This document shows positions 25,284-38,260 of a stretch of DNA of 64,000 nucleotides, in pieces. Position 1 is the stretch's first letter; each line of letters opens with the position of its first letter. The DNA is taken from contig NC_086107.1 in assembly GCF_963921235.1 (NCBI RefSeq), forward strand, positions 95,792,001-95,856,000. The letters are read 5' to 3'. Origin of the DNA: Mobula hypostoma. Lineage: Eukaryota. The translations under genes and the position numbers were made by a program. The notes beneath the pieces are model-generated. The model did no database searches. It worked only from the letters and a program-made list of their open reading frames with translations, and was not told where the DNA came from.

Positions 25284-25425
25284 ATGAGTGCCGTTCCCAG
25301 AGGATCGATGATCTCCCTGCTTAACAAACCATCCGCTGCCTCGATCAATCGAACAGATAGCCTCCGGACGCTGGTTCAGGAAGATGTGATGCTGGTCGAG
25401 GTAGCATGGGAAGTGGCCAACAAAG
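25284..25425 (+). CDS. GYS1: Glycogen synthase, muscle type, coding exon 1
   Basis: MSAVPRGSMISLL...VMLVEVAWEVANK, donor AAG|GTGAG; EVAWEVANK is the glycogen synthase N-terminal motif. Confidence 0.92.
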
Positions 25426-26499
25426 GTGAGGATCTAGATAGGTATAATTATACAGCTGTGACATGACATAAACTGAACAACACAGGTCCCTGTGGCACAC
25501 CCACTGGTCACAGGTGTCTAATCTAAAAAACAACAATCCACCCTTGCCCCCCAGCCATTTAGCTAGCTTACCCTGGATCCCATCTTCCAGCCAGCCTACC
25601 ATGTGGAACATTGCAAGGATGTTCATTACCCCTTTTTGCCATTCTGATTCCCTTTCCCGGGATATTCCTGCATCCCTTACGCTCCTTAGGGGCTCCAGTT
25701 GATCCCATATCTGCATACCTGATATTTGTCTCTGTTTTCCCCACCAGAACCTCAATATTCATCAACCAGGGTTCCCAAATCCTCCCAGCCTTGCCATTCA
25801 CTCTAAAAGGAGCACACTGGCCCAGAATTCTCCCTATCTCACTTTTTAAATGTTGTAATTTCACCTACCTCTTGTCATGTAAAAGCCTCTTACCCTGCTA
25901 AATGCCTTTCCCAGTCAAACTTTCCAAGCTCCTACCTAATGCCATCAAAATTAACTTCAGCACCATTTAGGATTTTAACTTGCGTACCAGTACTTTGCTT
26001 CCATGACTATTTTTAAAACAGTTCAATTATGGCCACTGTTCCCAAAGTGCTCTCCCACTGACACAATGGTCACTTACATAATCTTTTTCTCAGGAAGAGT
26101 CAAGTTCAGGTTGCCTCCTCGCTCGTAGGGACCTATAGATAATGCTCCAGAAAACTTTTCTGGACATAGTTAACAGATTCTGCCCCATCCAATCACTTAG
26201 CATTATGACAGAGCCAGTCAATATTAGGGAAATGAAAATCATGAACTGCTATGACCCCACTAAGGAACATACACGTAGGCAGACAAGGGAAAGGAGAAAA
26301 CACAACAGGATAATGGCTTCAACTTCCCCAGTGTAGCCTGGGAGGAGCCCCTTTGTGCAAAAGGTTTTTATATATAGGCATCCGTTAGTCTCATGAGACC
26401 ATGATTTGCGCCTTGGAAGGTTTCCAGGGTGCAGGCCTGGGCAAGGTTGTGTGAAAGACCGGCAGTTGCCCATGCTGCAAGTCTCCCCTCTCCACGCCA

Positions 26500-28800
26500 C
26501 TGCAAAAGGTTTATATGGGGTAGTTTGTTAAGTGCATTCAAAAGTAATACTTAAATCGGTATCAGTGTGAGGTGTTGCACTTCAGTAGGACCAACCAGAC
26601 TTAGACAATGAACAGTAGGGCACTGAGGAGTCCGGCAGAACAAGTAGATCTGGGAATACAGGTCCATAATTCATTGAAAGTAGCGTGGCAGGTAGATAGG
26701 GTCGTTAAGAAAACTTTTGGCACACTAACCTTCATGAATCAGAGTATTGAGTACAGGAGATGGATGTTATGTTGAAGTTGTAGAAGATATTACTGGGGCC
26801 TAATTTGGAGTATTGTGTGCAGTTTTAGTCACCTACCTACAGGAAAGATGTATATAACGTCGGAAAAGTACAGAGAAAATTTGCAAGAATGTTGCCAGGA
26901 CTGGAGGACTGAGTTAAAAGGAAAGATTAAATAGGTTAGGACTTTATTTCTTGGAACATAGAAGACTGAGGAGAGATTTGATAGAGATATTCAAAATTAT
27001 GAGGGGTATAGATAGGGTAAATGCAAGCAGGCTTTTTCCACTGAGGTTGGGTGGGACTACAACCAGAGATTAAGAGTGAAAGGTGAAAAGTTCAAGGGGA
27101 ACACGAGGGGAAACTTCTGCTCTCAGAAGGTTGTGCGAGTGTGGAATGAGCTTCCAGCGCAAGTGGTGCATGCAAGCTTGATTTCAACATTTAAGAGACG
27201 TTTGGATAGGTAGATGGATGGTAAGGGTATGGAGGGCTATGGTCTGGGTGCAGATTGGTGAGACTAGACAGTTTAAATGGTTTAGCATGGACTAATTGAG
27301 CAGAAAGGCCTGTTTCTGTGCTGTACTTTTCTACGACTCTATGTAAAGGGACCAGGTGTTGGGAAATGTGTCTGTCCAGGTGACTGAACATAAGTACTTT
27401 GCATCGGTATTCACCAAGGAAAGCATCATGAGATCAGTGTGGAGATGGTAATATGCTCAAGTACTTTGAGATAAAGAAAGAGGTAGTGTTAATATTTTTT
27501 GAATAATATTAACTTATTAAGTCTGATGAGATACACCAGGTTATTGAGACAGGCAGGAGATAAGATTGCAGGGCCCTTGACCAAGATCCTTGTGACCTCT
27601 CTAGTCACAGGCAAAGTCCCGGAAGACTGTTTTGTAGCTAATATTGTTCCTGTGTTCAATAAAGGAAACGGGGGAATCCTGGAAACTTTAGACCAGTGAG
27701 TCTCATATCAGTGGTACAGAAGTTATTGAGAAGTTTATTAGAAAAACCATGACCTAGGTAAGGACAGCAAACGTAGCTTTGTGCAGGGCAAGTTATGCCT
27801 TACTAGCTTGATTGAGTTTTCTAAGGAGGTAACCAAGGTGCTTGAGGAAGGCTAAGCTGTGGACGTTGCCTACATGGATTTTAATAAGGCATTTGACAAG
27901 GTCCCATATGGGATGCTCATCCAGAAGATTAAGGTGCATTGGTTTCATGGTAACTTAGCTGTTTGAAGTCAGAGTTGGCTTGTCCATAGAAGGCAAGGGA
28001 TAGACGTCAATGGGACTTACTTTGGATGCGGCCTGTGCCTGGTGGTATTACCAAGGACCCATACTGGGACCTTAGCTACATATAAGTCCCATGAATGTAA
28101 ACATGGATGGGGAGATTAATAAGTTTGCTGATGACACAGATTGTTGGTGATGTGGATAATGTTAAAAATTGCCAAGGATTACAGTGGTATATAAATCAGT
28201 TGTCAATAATTCAACATTTAAGAGAAGTTTGGATGAGGTGTGTAGATGGTTATGGTCCATGTGAGGGTCGATGGGACTAAGCAGAGTAACAGTTTGGCAT
28301 AGACTAGATGTGTTGAAGTTTTTGTTTCTGTGATATAGTTCTCTATAACTAAGGACAGAGGAATGGCAAGAGTGTGATTTTGCATTGCACAATTAATGGC
28401 AGGACCTTTAACAGTATTGATGTACAAAGAGATCTTGGCATCCATGTCCATGGCTCCCCGAAAGTGATGGTACAAGTTCATAGGGACATAAAGGAAGAGT
28501 TTGGCATTCTTGCCTTCATTAGTTGAGGCACTGAGTTTAGGAGTCAAGATGTTACATTGCAGCTTTATAAAACTCTGGTTAGGCCACATCTAGAGTATTG
28601 CATTCAAGTCTAGTCACCCCTTTATCGGAAGGATGTGGAGGTTTAGGAGAGGATGCAGAAGAGGTGTATCAGGAGGCTGCCTGGATTAGATGGTATGTGC
28701 TGTAAGGTTATGTTAGACAAACTTAGGATGTTTAGAGTGGTGGAGCCAGAGGAGAGACTGTATAAATTTATAAAATTATAAGGGGCATAGAATAGACATA
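26500..28800 (+). mobile_element. Degraded CR1 LINE fragments
   Basis: RT and 3'-end CR1 motifs (ANIVPVFNKG, MDFNKAFDKVP) with many stops. Confidence 0.8.
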
Positions 28801-30207
28801 GAGGGTCTCTTTGTTTCCAACTCTTTGATGTTACTCTTTATTTCTGTCTTAACTGTCCACACAGTAATATCCCTGAGTCCAAATGATGAGTTTCGACCTG
28901 AAATATCATCTGTCTATTTCCCTCCATAGATGCTGCTTGACTTACAGTTACGCCGGCATTTGTTTGTTTCTCCAGGTTTCCTGCATCTGCAGAGGCTTTC
29001 ATGTCTCCCTTGTACCCACTCATGCCATAAGTCCATGCTTCTTGCATTTAAGTAAATGTAGTTCAGCCCATCAGACCTTCCTTGTTCCTGTCCTGCCTGA
29101 TCTGCCTACGGATCTTGCTCACTTTAACTTCTATATTGCTCTACGTTCCCATCGGCATCACTGCTACTTTGGATCCCACGTCTTGTCAGGTTAAACCTTC
29201 CCAGGTACAATTAGGATATTTTGCCAGGATATTAGTCCCCTTATAATTCAGGTACAAAATGCCCCTCTCCTTCTATGGGTCACCTCTACTCCAGAAGAGA
29301 TCCCGATGGTCCAAAACCATGAATACACCCCTCTTACACCAGACCTTCCACCGCAAAAAAAAAAGTAGTGGATGCAGCCCAGTCCATCACAGTAAAGCCC
29401 TCCCCACCATTGAGCACATCTACACAGAGCGTTGTCAGAGGAAAGCAGCATCCATCATCAGGGAGCCACACCACCTAGATCATGCTCTCTTCTCATTGCT
29501 GCCATCAGGAACAGGAACCTCAGGACTCACACCAGCAGGTTCAGCAACAGTTATTACCCCTCAACCATCAGGCTCTTGAACCAAAGAGGGTAACTTCACT
29601 TGCCCCATTATTGAAATGTTCCCACAACATATGGGCTCACTTTCAAGGACTCTTCGTCTCACGTTTTTGATGTTTATTGCTTATTTATTATTATGAATTC
29701 TTCTTTCTGTATTTGCACAGGTTGTCATCTTTTGCACACCGGTTGAATGCCAGTTGGTCCAGTCTTTCATTTATTCTATTATGGATTTATTAAGTATGCT
29801 TGCAAGAACATGGATTTCAGGGTTCTATGTGGTTATATATATGTAGTTTGATAATAAATTTACTTGAACTTTGAACATACATTTACTCCATTGTTGCTCT
29901 TACTAGCACAGAGCACAGGTGCAGAATCCAGAGTTTGCAATTACTGAGGTCCTACTTTATAACCTTCTATTTAACTCCCTATGGTCATTCTGGAGGACCC
30001 TCCCACTATTTGAAACCCTTCTGGCAAGTTCCGGTTTCTGAGTGTATTATCCCACATAGGCAGGTGACCTCATACTGAGGAATGCAACAGCTCAGAACAG
30101 AGCATGCTACACTTCTTGAAGACAAATTCACCAATATTGTATGTGTCCTGGAGTCTGTCTTTGGGTCCTCTGTGGATATTTTGTAATGTCTCACTTTCTG
30201 TTTCCAG

Positions 30208-30389
30208 TTGGAGGTATCTACACCGTGATTCAAACAAAGGCAAAGCTCACGACAGACGAATGGCAAGAGAATTATGTGCTGATGGGTCCATATTTTGAGC
30301 ATAACGTCAGAACACAAGTGGAGCTGGTGGAGCCACAGAACCCTGCTATCAAACACACCATTAACTCAATGAATTCCAAGGGCTGTAAG
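30208..30389 (+). CDS. GYS1: GYS1 exon 2 (182 nt)
   Basis: (V)[64 protein letters not shown] borders; phase consistent. Confidence 0.97.
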
Positions 30390-31834
30390 GTATCGGATAC
30401 TTGGGAGGGAGTAAGACCTGAATTCGCATTGGCTTTCAACAGGGAGATTCATGACTTCCACATTAATGTTCACTCAACACCAATAATGAACTAAAGCTTC
30501 TGTCATTTTGAGGCATTTATGAGAAACTTTCCTTTTTCGGAGGGAGTTAATGTCTCTTTAACAACAGTAAGGTGGATGAGTCCCCAGAGCCAGATAGGAT
30601 ACACCCCAGGTTATTGAGAGATCAAGAAATGAGATTTCTGGAGCCTTGATGAAGTTCCTTGAGCTCTGTCTGCCACAGCTGAGATTCTGGAAGACTGACG
30701 AGTAGCTAATATTTGTTCCATTATTCAAGAAAGGAAATAGGGATAATCCTGTGAACTATGAGTCTCACATCAGTGGTGGGGAAGCTACTGGAGAGAATTT
30801 TCAGAGATAGAATTTGTGCACCATGAGTAATCGGGGCAGAGAGCATGTGTTTGATGGTTTCTTACTAATTCGATGAATTTTTCGAGGGGGTGATGAAGGT
30901 GATTGATGAAGGCAGAGTTGTGGATATTGTCTACACTTTATAAATCCCTCATAGGATGCTAATCCAGAAGGTTAAGAAGATCATGGTGATTAGTCTGTAT
31001 GGATTCAGAACTGGCTTCCCGTAGAAGATAGGTATCTGTGGGACTATTCTGGCTGCTGATCCATGCCAAGTGAATCTTTGCAGTTTGTGATATATATTAT
31101 TTATTATTTAGGGATACAGCACGGTAACAACCCAATGAGCCCAAATTGCCCAACTACACCCAGTGACCAATTAACCAACTAACTCGTATATCTTTGAAAT
31201 GTGGGAGGAAACCAGAGCATCTGGAGGATACCCACATGGACCCGGGACAATGGCCCAGATACAACACTCAGTTTAAACTGTAGGCGGGTAGATTAGTTGG
31301 GAAATGATCCAAAGCTTGATGGGTGTTGTGGATAGTGTAGAAGATTGCCAAAGGAAACAATAGGATATAGATCAGTTTCAGATATACGTGGAGAAATGGC
31401 AGATGGAGCTTAATCCAGTCTGTTAGCAGCCTTTTTTTTATTATTACTGTCTTCCTGGTGTCTCCATTATTTGGTCTCCTGTCATTACCATAGGCATTGT
31501 TATAACAATCATTGTGATATTTCCTGTGTTTTCTTCATGCATGCTTTCTGATAACTCTCTCTGAAACGTTTTTGAGTATGCTGATCCCCATCACAAATCT
31601 TTCCTTATTCTTTCTATTCTTCATGAATTCATCTGCCTGATCCAAGCTCTCCATCAAATCCTGTGAAGTTTGGTCTTGTTTAATTGTCTTTTTCACTTTC
31701 CACAAAGTTTATATGTTCTCCCTGTAGCCACGTGGGTTTCCTCGCACATCCCATAGGCTAAAAGGTCAGTAGGTAATTGGTCACATGTGCAATTAGGCAA
31801 CGTGGGTTCATAGGGCCTGTTACTGTGCTGTATA

Positions 31835-32330
31835 ACCATATAACCATATAACAATTACAGCACGGAAATGGGCCATCTCGGCCCTTCTAGGCCGTGCCGA
31901 ACTCTTATTCTCACTTAGTCCCACCGACCTGCACTCAGCCCATAACCCTCCATTCCTTTCCTGTCCATATAGCTATCCAATTTAACTTTAAATGACAACA
32001 TCGAACCTGCCTCAACCACTTCTGCTGGAAGCTTGTTCCACATAGCTACCACTCTCGGAGTAAAGAAGTTCCCCCTCATGTTACCCCTAAACTTTTGCCC
32101 TTTAACTCTCAACTCATGTCCTCTTGTTTGAATCTCCCCCACTCTCAATGGAAAAAGTCTATCCACGTCAACTCTGTCTATCCCCCTCATAATTTTAAAT
32201 ATCTCTATCAAGTCCCCCCTCAATTTTCTATGGTCCAAAGAATAAAGACACAAACTGTTCAACCTTTCTCTGTAACTTAGGAGATGAAACCCAGGCAACA
32301 TTCTAGTAAATCTTCTCTGTATCTCTGTTT
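31835..32330 (-). mobile_element. Relatively young CR1 3' end
   Basis: LSYRERLNSLCLYSL...RGDLIEIFKIMRG...TRGHELRV...NFFTPRVVAMWNKLP; short tandem tail. Confidence 0.88.
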
Positions 32331-33001
32331 ACATTCTAGTATCTCAAAATGATAATAAATAAATATGATGTGTTACACTTGGGGAAACCAAAGGTAAAGG
32401 GTTGGGGGGAATATGTAATTAATGACAAGATTTCTTAACAGTTCTGGTGTATAGAGGGATCTTGGAGTCCAAGTCTTTTCCAAAGTCGAAATGTCTAACA
32501 GTAGAGGGTAGGCATTTAAGGTAAGAAGGGGTAAGCTCAAAGGAGATGTTTTTTTGTACAGAGAGTGGTGGAATGTTCTGGAAGTTGTGATGGTGGAGGC
32601 AATACGATAGAGGGATTCAAGAGTCTCTTAAGATAGATACACGAATGTGCAGATAATGGAGGGCTTAAATTACACATGGATTGCAAGGAGGAAGGGGTCT
32701 GTTTAGTTTGGCATTTACGTTTTAATTTAATTAGTTTGGCACAGCATCATGGACCATATGGCCTGTTCCTGTGCTGTCCTCTTCTCTCATCTGTGGTCAG
32801 CATCTACACTTTACCAGCAAGACCAGTGTTTATTGCTCATCCAATGTCCTGTATAAGTGGTGTTTCTGTGCTTTATTGTAAATGGAGATCATCAAGGTAA
32901 AATCAGAATTATTATCACTGATACATGTCATGAAAATTGTTGTTTTATGGAAGCAGCATGGTGCAAACATGAAAATTATTCTAAGTTACAATAGATAGAT
33001 T

Positions 33002-33322
33002 GGCGCATGTTGGCGTGTAGCCAAGTGGTTAAGGCGTCGGTCTAGTGATCTGAAGGTCGCTAGTTCGAGCCTCAGCTGAGGCAGCGTGTTGTGTCCTCGA
33101 GCAAGGCACTTAACCACACATTGCTGTGTGACGACACTGGTGCCAAGCTGTATCGGCCCTAGTGCCCTTCCCTTGGACAACATTGGTGTCGTGGAGAGGG
33201 GAGATTTGCAGCATGGGCAACTGCCGGTCTTCCATACAACCTTGCCCAGGCCTGCGCACTGGAAACCTTCCAAGGTGCAAATCCATGGCCTCACGAGACT
33301 AACGGATGCCTATATAAAAAAA
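33002..33322 (+). mobile_element. tRNA-derived SINE, family B
   Basis: tRNA-like head (TAGCCAAGTGGTTAAGGCG...GTTCGAGCC), core GTGTCCT.GAGCAAGGCACTT, A tail; homologs at 61001-61300 (-) and, partially, 26377-26500 (-). Confidence 0.85.
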
Positions 33323-33499
33323 GGTAGATAAATAATAAATAAATAAATGGCAATCGCTCTCTCGATAAAACCCAGACCCCAGATGGATTGTTGCAAAGCT
33401 TTATTCAATCTCCTGATACTTCACTGTGATTTTCAGCTCCTCCATTTGCTGTCCTGTTGGCACGGATTTGCCAAGAGCTCAGTAAAAGGATAAGTTCAG

Positions 33500-34520
33500 T
33501 AATTTACAAGATAGTCTTCCTATAAAGACGGTGACCTGTGGTGTTCAGTGGGGATCTGTTCTGAAACCCCTGCTTTTTTGTCATTTTATAAATGACTTGG
33601 CTGAGGAAGTGGGAGGGTGGGTTTGTATGTTTGCAGATGACATGAAGGTTGGTGGAGTTGTGGATAGTGTGTTGTAGGTTACAGCGGGACACTGACAGGA
33701 TGGAGAGCTGGGCTGAGAAGTGGCAGATGGAGTTCAACCCAGAAAAGTGTGAAATGATTCATTTCGGAAGGCCGAATTTGGAAGAGAAATGCAGGGTTAT
33801 CGGCAGAATTCTTAGCTGTGTGGAGGAACAGAGGGATCTTAGGGTCCTTGTCCATAGATCCCTCACAGTTACTATGCAAATTGATAGGGTTGTTAAAAAG
33901 GCGTATGGTGGGTTGGCTTTCTTTCGGCAGGGAATTAAGTTCCATAACCGTGAGGTAATGTTGCAGCTCTATAAAACTCTGGTTAGACCACAATTGGAGT
34001 ATTATGTTCAGTCCTGGACATCTCATTATAGGAAGAATGTGGAAGCTTTAGAGAGGGTGCTGAGGAGATTTACCAAGATGCTGACTGGACTAGAGGACAT
34101 GTCTTATGCAGCTAGGTTGACTGCGATGGGGGTTTTCTCCTTGGAGTGAAGAAAGATGAGAGGTGACTTGATAGGTATACTAGATGCTAAGAGATATGAA
34201 TTGAGTGGATAGCCAGAGAATTTTTCCCAGGGCAGAAGTGGCTAATACAAGGGGGCATAATTTTAAGGTGATTGGAGGAAAGTATAAGGGAGATGTCAGA
34301 GGTAAGTTCTTTACACAGGGAGTGGGTGGATGTGTCAAATGCCCTGCCAGGGATGATGGTAGAGGCAGAAACATTAGGGGCATATTAGGAACTCTTAGGT
34401 GGGCACATGAAAGTTAGAAAAATGGAGGGCTATGTAAGAAGGAAGGGTTAGACTGAAATTAGAGCAGGATAAGAGGTTGGCAGTGAATGGCCTGTACTGT
34501 ACTGTGCTGTCATGTCTGAG
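33500..34520 (+). mobile_element. CR1 LINE 3' portion
   Basis: WAEKWQMEFNPEKCEMIHFG...LYKTLVRPQLEY...ALERVLRRFTKML. Confidence 0.88.
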
Positions 34521-35253
34521 GTCTATAAAAATGCCATGAGAAGTTTGTACATTGAGGCATGAATGCGGGTTTTTATACAACTACTTGAAAAGTTATCGAC
34601 CCTAGAGTGTAACTCAAATAATTTGTTCAAATACATATTTCAAAATCATACTGGACATTAAAGTTATAATTACAGGCTGCACTATTTTTAAAAGATGGAG
34701 TTCCAGAGGGCAGTGACCTCGGCCCAACTATCTGTACCTAGCTCACCACTGCCCTTTCTTTCAACCCTGGAAGATTTTATCTTCTGCATTAATTACATGC
34801 GTAGGTTGGCATTTTGTAAATATCTTACAATCTAGAATAATAGTATCTCAAAGTAGTGTCCTGTTTCTGCCTGGTTTACTGCCTGTGTGAATCGTTCTTG
34901 GTGCTGAGGTGCTCAGCCATCGTGAGGACATGTCTGGACACCGAGGGTCCTATGGGTCTCAAGATCCTCAGGATTCGATGCCCTGTGAAGTGGTATCGTG
35001 GGATCTGTAATGTGCACTTGAGGGGGGTAGACATTCCATCTAGCAGGCTGTGCCTCTGATAGTGCAGTGCTCCCTCGTGCTGTGGTAGACTGTCAGACTG
35101 TGCAGTGCTGAACTTGGGCTGGAGTTTATAACCTTCTCACCCTGAGCAGATTAAGTGATTGGGAAAGCCTGTTTCTCCCAAGGATACAGAGTCACTCCAC
35201 AGTAACCACGCTCAGTAATTGGTCCTGTTTTATTGTTTTGTTTCTACATGCAG

Positions 35254-35445
35254 GTGTACTTTGGGAAGTGGCTGATTGAGGGGAACCCATCTGTTGTCCT
35301 GTTCGATATTGGTGTTTCAGCTTGGAACTTGGACCGCTGGAAAGCAGAGCTGTGGGATTGCTGCTCCATCGGGGTCCCCTGGTACGACCGAGAAGCCAAT
35401 GATGCTGTTCTCTTTGGTTTCCTCATCACTTGGTTCCTGGGAGAG
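35254..35445 (+). CDS. GYS1: GYS1 exon 3 (192 nt)
   Basis: [82 protein letters not shown] is GYS1-type rather than GYS2-type. Confidence 0.97.
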
Positions 35446-36169
35446 GTCAGTGAAATCCATGTGGAGTTATCCCGGGTACTGGACTCTACGTCATCCGTGT
35501 AAAGTTCAAAACAAATTCATTTTCAAAGTACCATATACTACCCTGGGATTCATTTTCTTGCACGCATTCAAAATGAGTAGAAAGAACCATAAAAGAATCA
35601 ATGAAAAATTGCACACGGCGAAGATCGACAAATAACCAGTGTGCAAAAAAACAACAAACTGTGCAAATACGAAAAAGAAAAGAAATAAAAATAATAAGAA
35701 AAACAAACAAGAAATAAATATCAAGAACATGAGTAGTAGAGTCCTTAAAACTGAGTCCATAGATTGTGGAATCCGTCCAGTGTTGGGTGAAGTTAAAGCC
35801 TCTGGGTCAAGAGCCTCACACACAAAATGCTGGAGGAACTCAGCAGGCTGGCAGCATCTAGGAAAAGAGTACAGTCAACGTCCTGGGCCAAAACACCGAC
35901 TGTACTCTTTCCCGTAGATGCTGCTTGGCCTGCTGAGTTCCTCCAGCATTTTGTGTGTGTCTCTCGGATTTCCAGCATCTGCAGATTTTTTCTTGTTTGT
36001 GGGTCAAGACCCTAATGACTGAGGGGTAATAACTGTTCCTAAGCCTGGTGGCATGCGACATGAGGCTCCTGCACCTCCTTCCTGATGACGGCAATGAGAA
36101 GAGAGCATGGCCTGGATGGTGGGGGTCCTCGATGATGGATGCTGCTTTCCTGCATCAGCGCTCCTTGTA

Positions 36170-37730
36170 AATTGCAATCCGTATAGGGTTTATGACCTCA
36201 CTATTGTTTTGCCTCAGTTCTATAGACTCCGTGTCAGTCTTTAGAGTAAATACAGATGCAGTAAGTCCACTTAAGGCTTCCCCCATCTCCTTCAGCTCCA
36301 TGCATGGTGAAGGAAGGTCCAAGGATTTCTACTGGTATAGCAAGAACAAAAGGACAGCAAGGGACAAAATTGGTCCACTGGAAGAGGACCAATTTTGTCC
36401 CTTGCTGTCCTTTTGTTCTTGATATACCAGTAGAAGCCCTTGGATCTTCTTTCACCTTGCCAGCCAGAGTGGTCTCATGCCTTCTTTCAGCCCTCCTGAT
36501 TTACCTCTTAAAAGTTCTTTTTCATTTCTTATACTCCTCAAGTTCCTCATTTGTTCCTTGCTGCCTATAACTGCTATGTACTTCCTTCCTCTTAGCCAGG
36601 GCCTCAAATTCCTTGAAAATCAAGGTTCCCTAAACCTGTTAGCCTTTCTTTTATTCTACCAAGAACATAAAAACTCTGTACTCTCAATATTTCACTTTTG
36701 AAGGACTCCCTCTAACCAAACATGCCTTGCCTTTAAACAATGTCTCCTAATCCACAACTTTCTGACGTTATTAGTATTAGCCTTTTTCCTATTTAGAATC
36801 TCAACCCAAGGACCAGCCCTATCCTTCGTAATTATCTTGAAACTATGATCACTAGATGCCGAGTATTCCCCTACATAGGCTTCTGTCATCTGTCCTGTTT
36901 TGTTCCTTAACAGGAGATCTAGTAGCACACTCTCTCTAGTTGGGCCCTCCATGTATTGATTAAGGAAACTTTCATGAACACATTTGACAAACTCTATCCC
37001 ATCCAGTCCTTTTACAATATGGGAGTCTCAGTCACTATGTGGAAAGTTAAAATCACTTACTATCACAACCTCATTTTTCTTGCAACTGTCTGTACAGTAT
37101 CTACAAATTGGCTCCTCTAAATTCCACTGACTATTGGGAGATCTATAATATATAATGTGGTTATCACTTTCTTTATCCTCAGTTCCACCCATATAGCCTC
37201 AGTAGACAAGCTCTCCAGTCTGTCCTGTCTAAACACTACCATGATATTTTCCCTGTCACCTCTCCCCTTTTAATCTCTCCTCCTCTTTCATGCCCAAATC
37301 AACCCCAGAACACTGAGCTGCTAGTCCTGCCCTTCTCCAACTGTCTCACTAATGACTACAATGTCATAATTCTATGTGCTGACCCATGCTCTAAGCACAT
37401 CCACCTTACTGACAATACTCCTTGCAGTGAAAGAGAGATCAACTCAGAACATTACTCCCACCATGCTCAAACTTTTGATTCCTGTCTTTATATGTAGGCT
37501 TAACATCATCTTCCCCAACAACCACTCCACTATCTGCCCTGACACCCTGGTTCCCAACCCCCTGCAGCTCTGGAGCAGCATTTGCAAACTTTCCCACAAG
37601 GATATTGGTCCCCCTTCAGTTCAGGTACAAACTGTCCCATTTGTACAGGTCCTTCCCTGGAAGGGAGCCCAATGATCCAAAAATCTGGAGCTCTCCCTGT
37701 TGCACTATCTCCTTAGACACATGCTTAACT
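36170..37730 (-). mobile_element. CR1 LINE endonuclease-proximal fragment
   Basis: PTRESVLLDLLL...SSDH APE-domain motifs. Confidence 0.75.
36306..36456. repeat. Near-perfect inverted repeat (~71-bp arms, 9-nt spacer)
   Basis: ...CAAGAACAAAAGGACAGCAAGGGACAAAATTGGTCC-ACTGGAAGA-GGACCAATTTTGTCCCTTGCTGTCCTTTTGTTCTTG... Confidence 0.93.
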
Positions 37731-37739
37731 GTAACACTA

Positions 37740-38260
37740 GGGTGGCCACTGGGAAATCCCACCTTTTATGGCAGATGGAACAAAGGTGCTCTGTGAAGCA
37801 GTCCCCCAATTTACGTCTGGTCTCACCGATGTAGAGGAGGCCACACCAAGAGCACTGGGTACAGTGGATGACCCAGACTGTTGAAGTGTCACCTTACCTG
37901 GATAGTTTGGGGCCCTCAGTAGCAGTGAGGGAAGAAGTATACAGGCAGGTACAGCACTTGTCCCACTTGCAGGGATGAGTACCAGGCGGAAGATCAGTGG
38001 GGAGGGACGAATAGATAAGGGAGTCACATAGAGAGTGATTCCTGCAGAAAGCGGTCAGAGGGAAGAAGAAAATATGTGTTTAGTGGTAAGATCCCTTTGA
38101 GGATTGCGGAAGTTATGAAGAATGATGTGCCAGATATGAACGCTTGTGAGGTAGTAGATAAGGACAAGGGGATCTCTATGCCTGTTGTGGCAGTGGGAAG
38201 ATGGAGTGAGGGCAGGTGTTGCTCTAGATTTCCAGCAACTGCAGAATCTCTTATGTTTAT
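37740..38260 (-). mobile_element. Degenerate Penelope-like GIY-YIG fragment
   Basis: PLVLIYY...HIILHNFRNPQRDLTTKHIF, homologous to the ORF at 46-47 kb. Confidence 0.75.

Noticed and set aside
33010..33085. tRNA gene
   Set aside because: tRNA-like head of a SINE with a body, tail and other copies; not a full cloverleaf gene.
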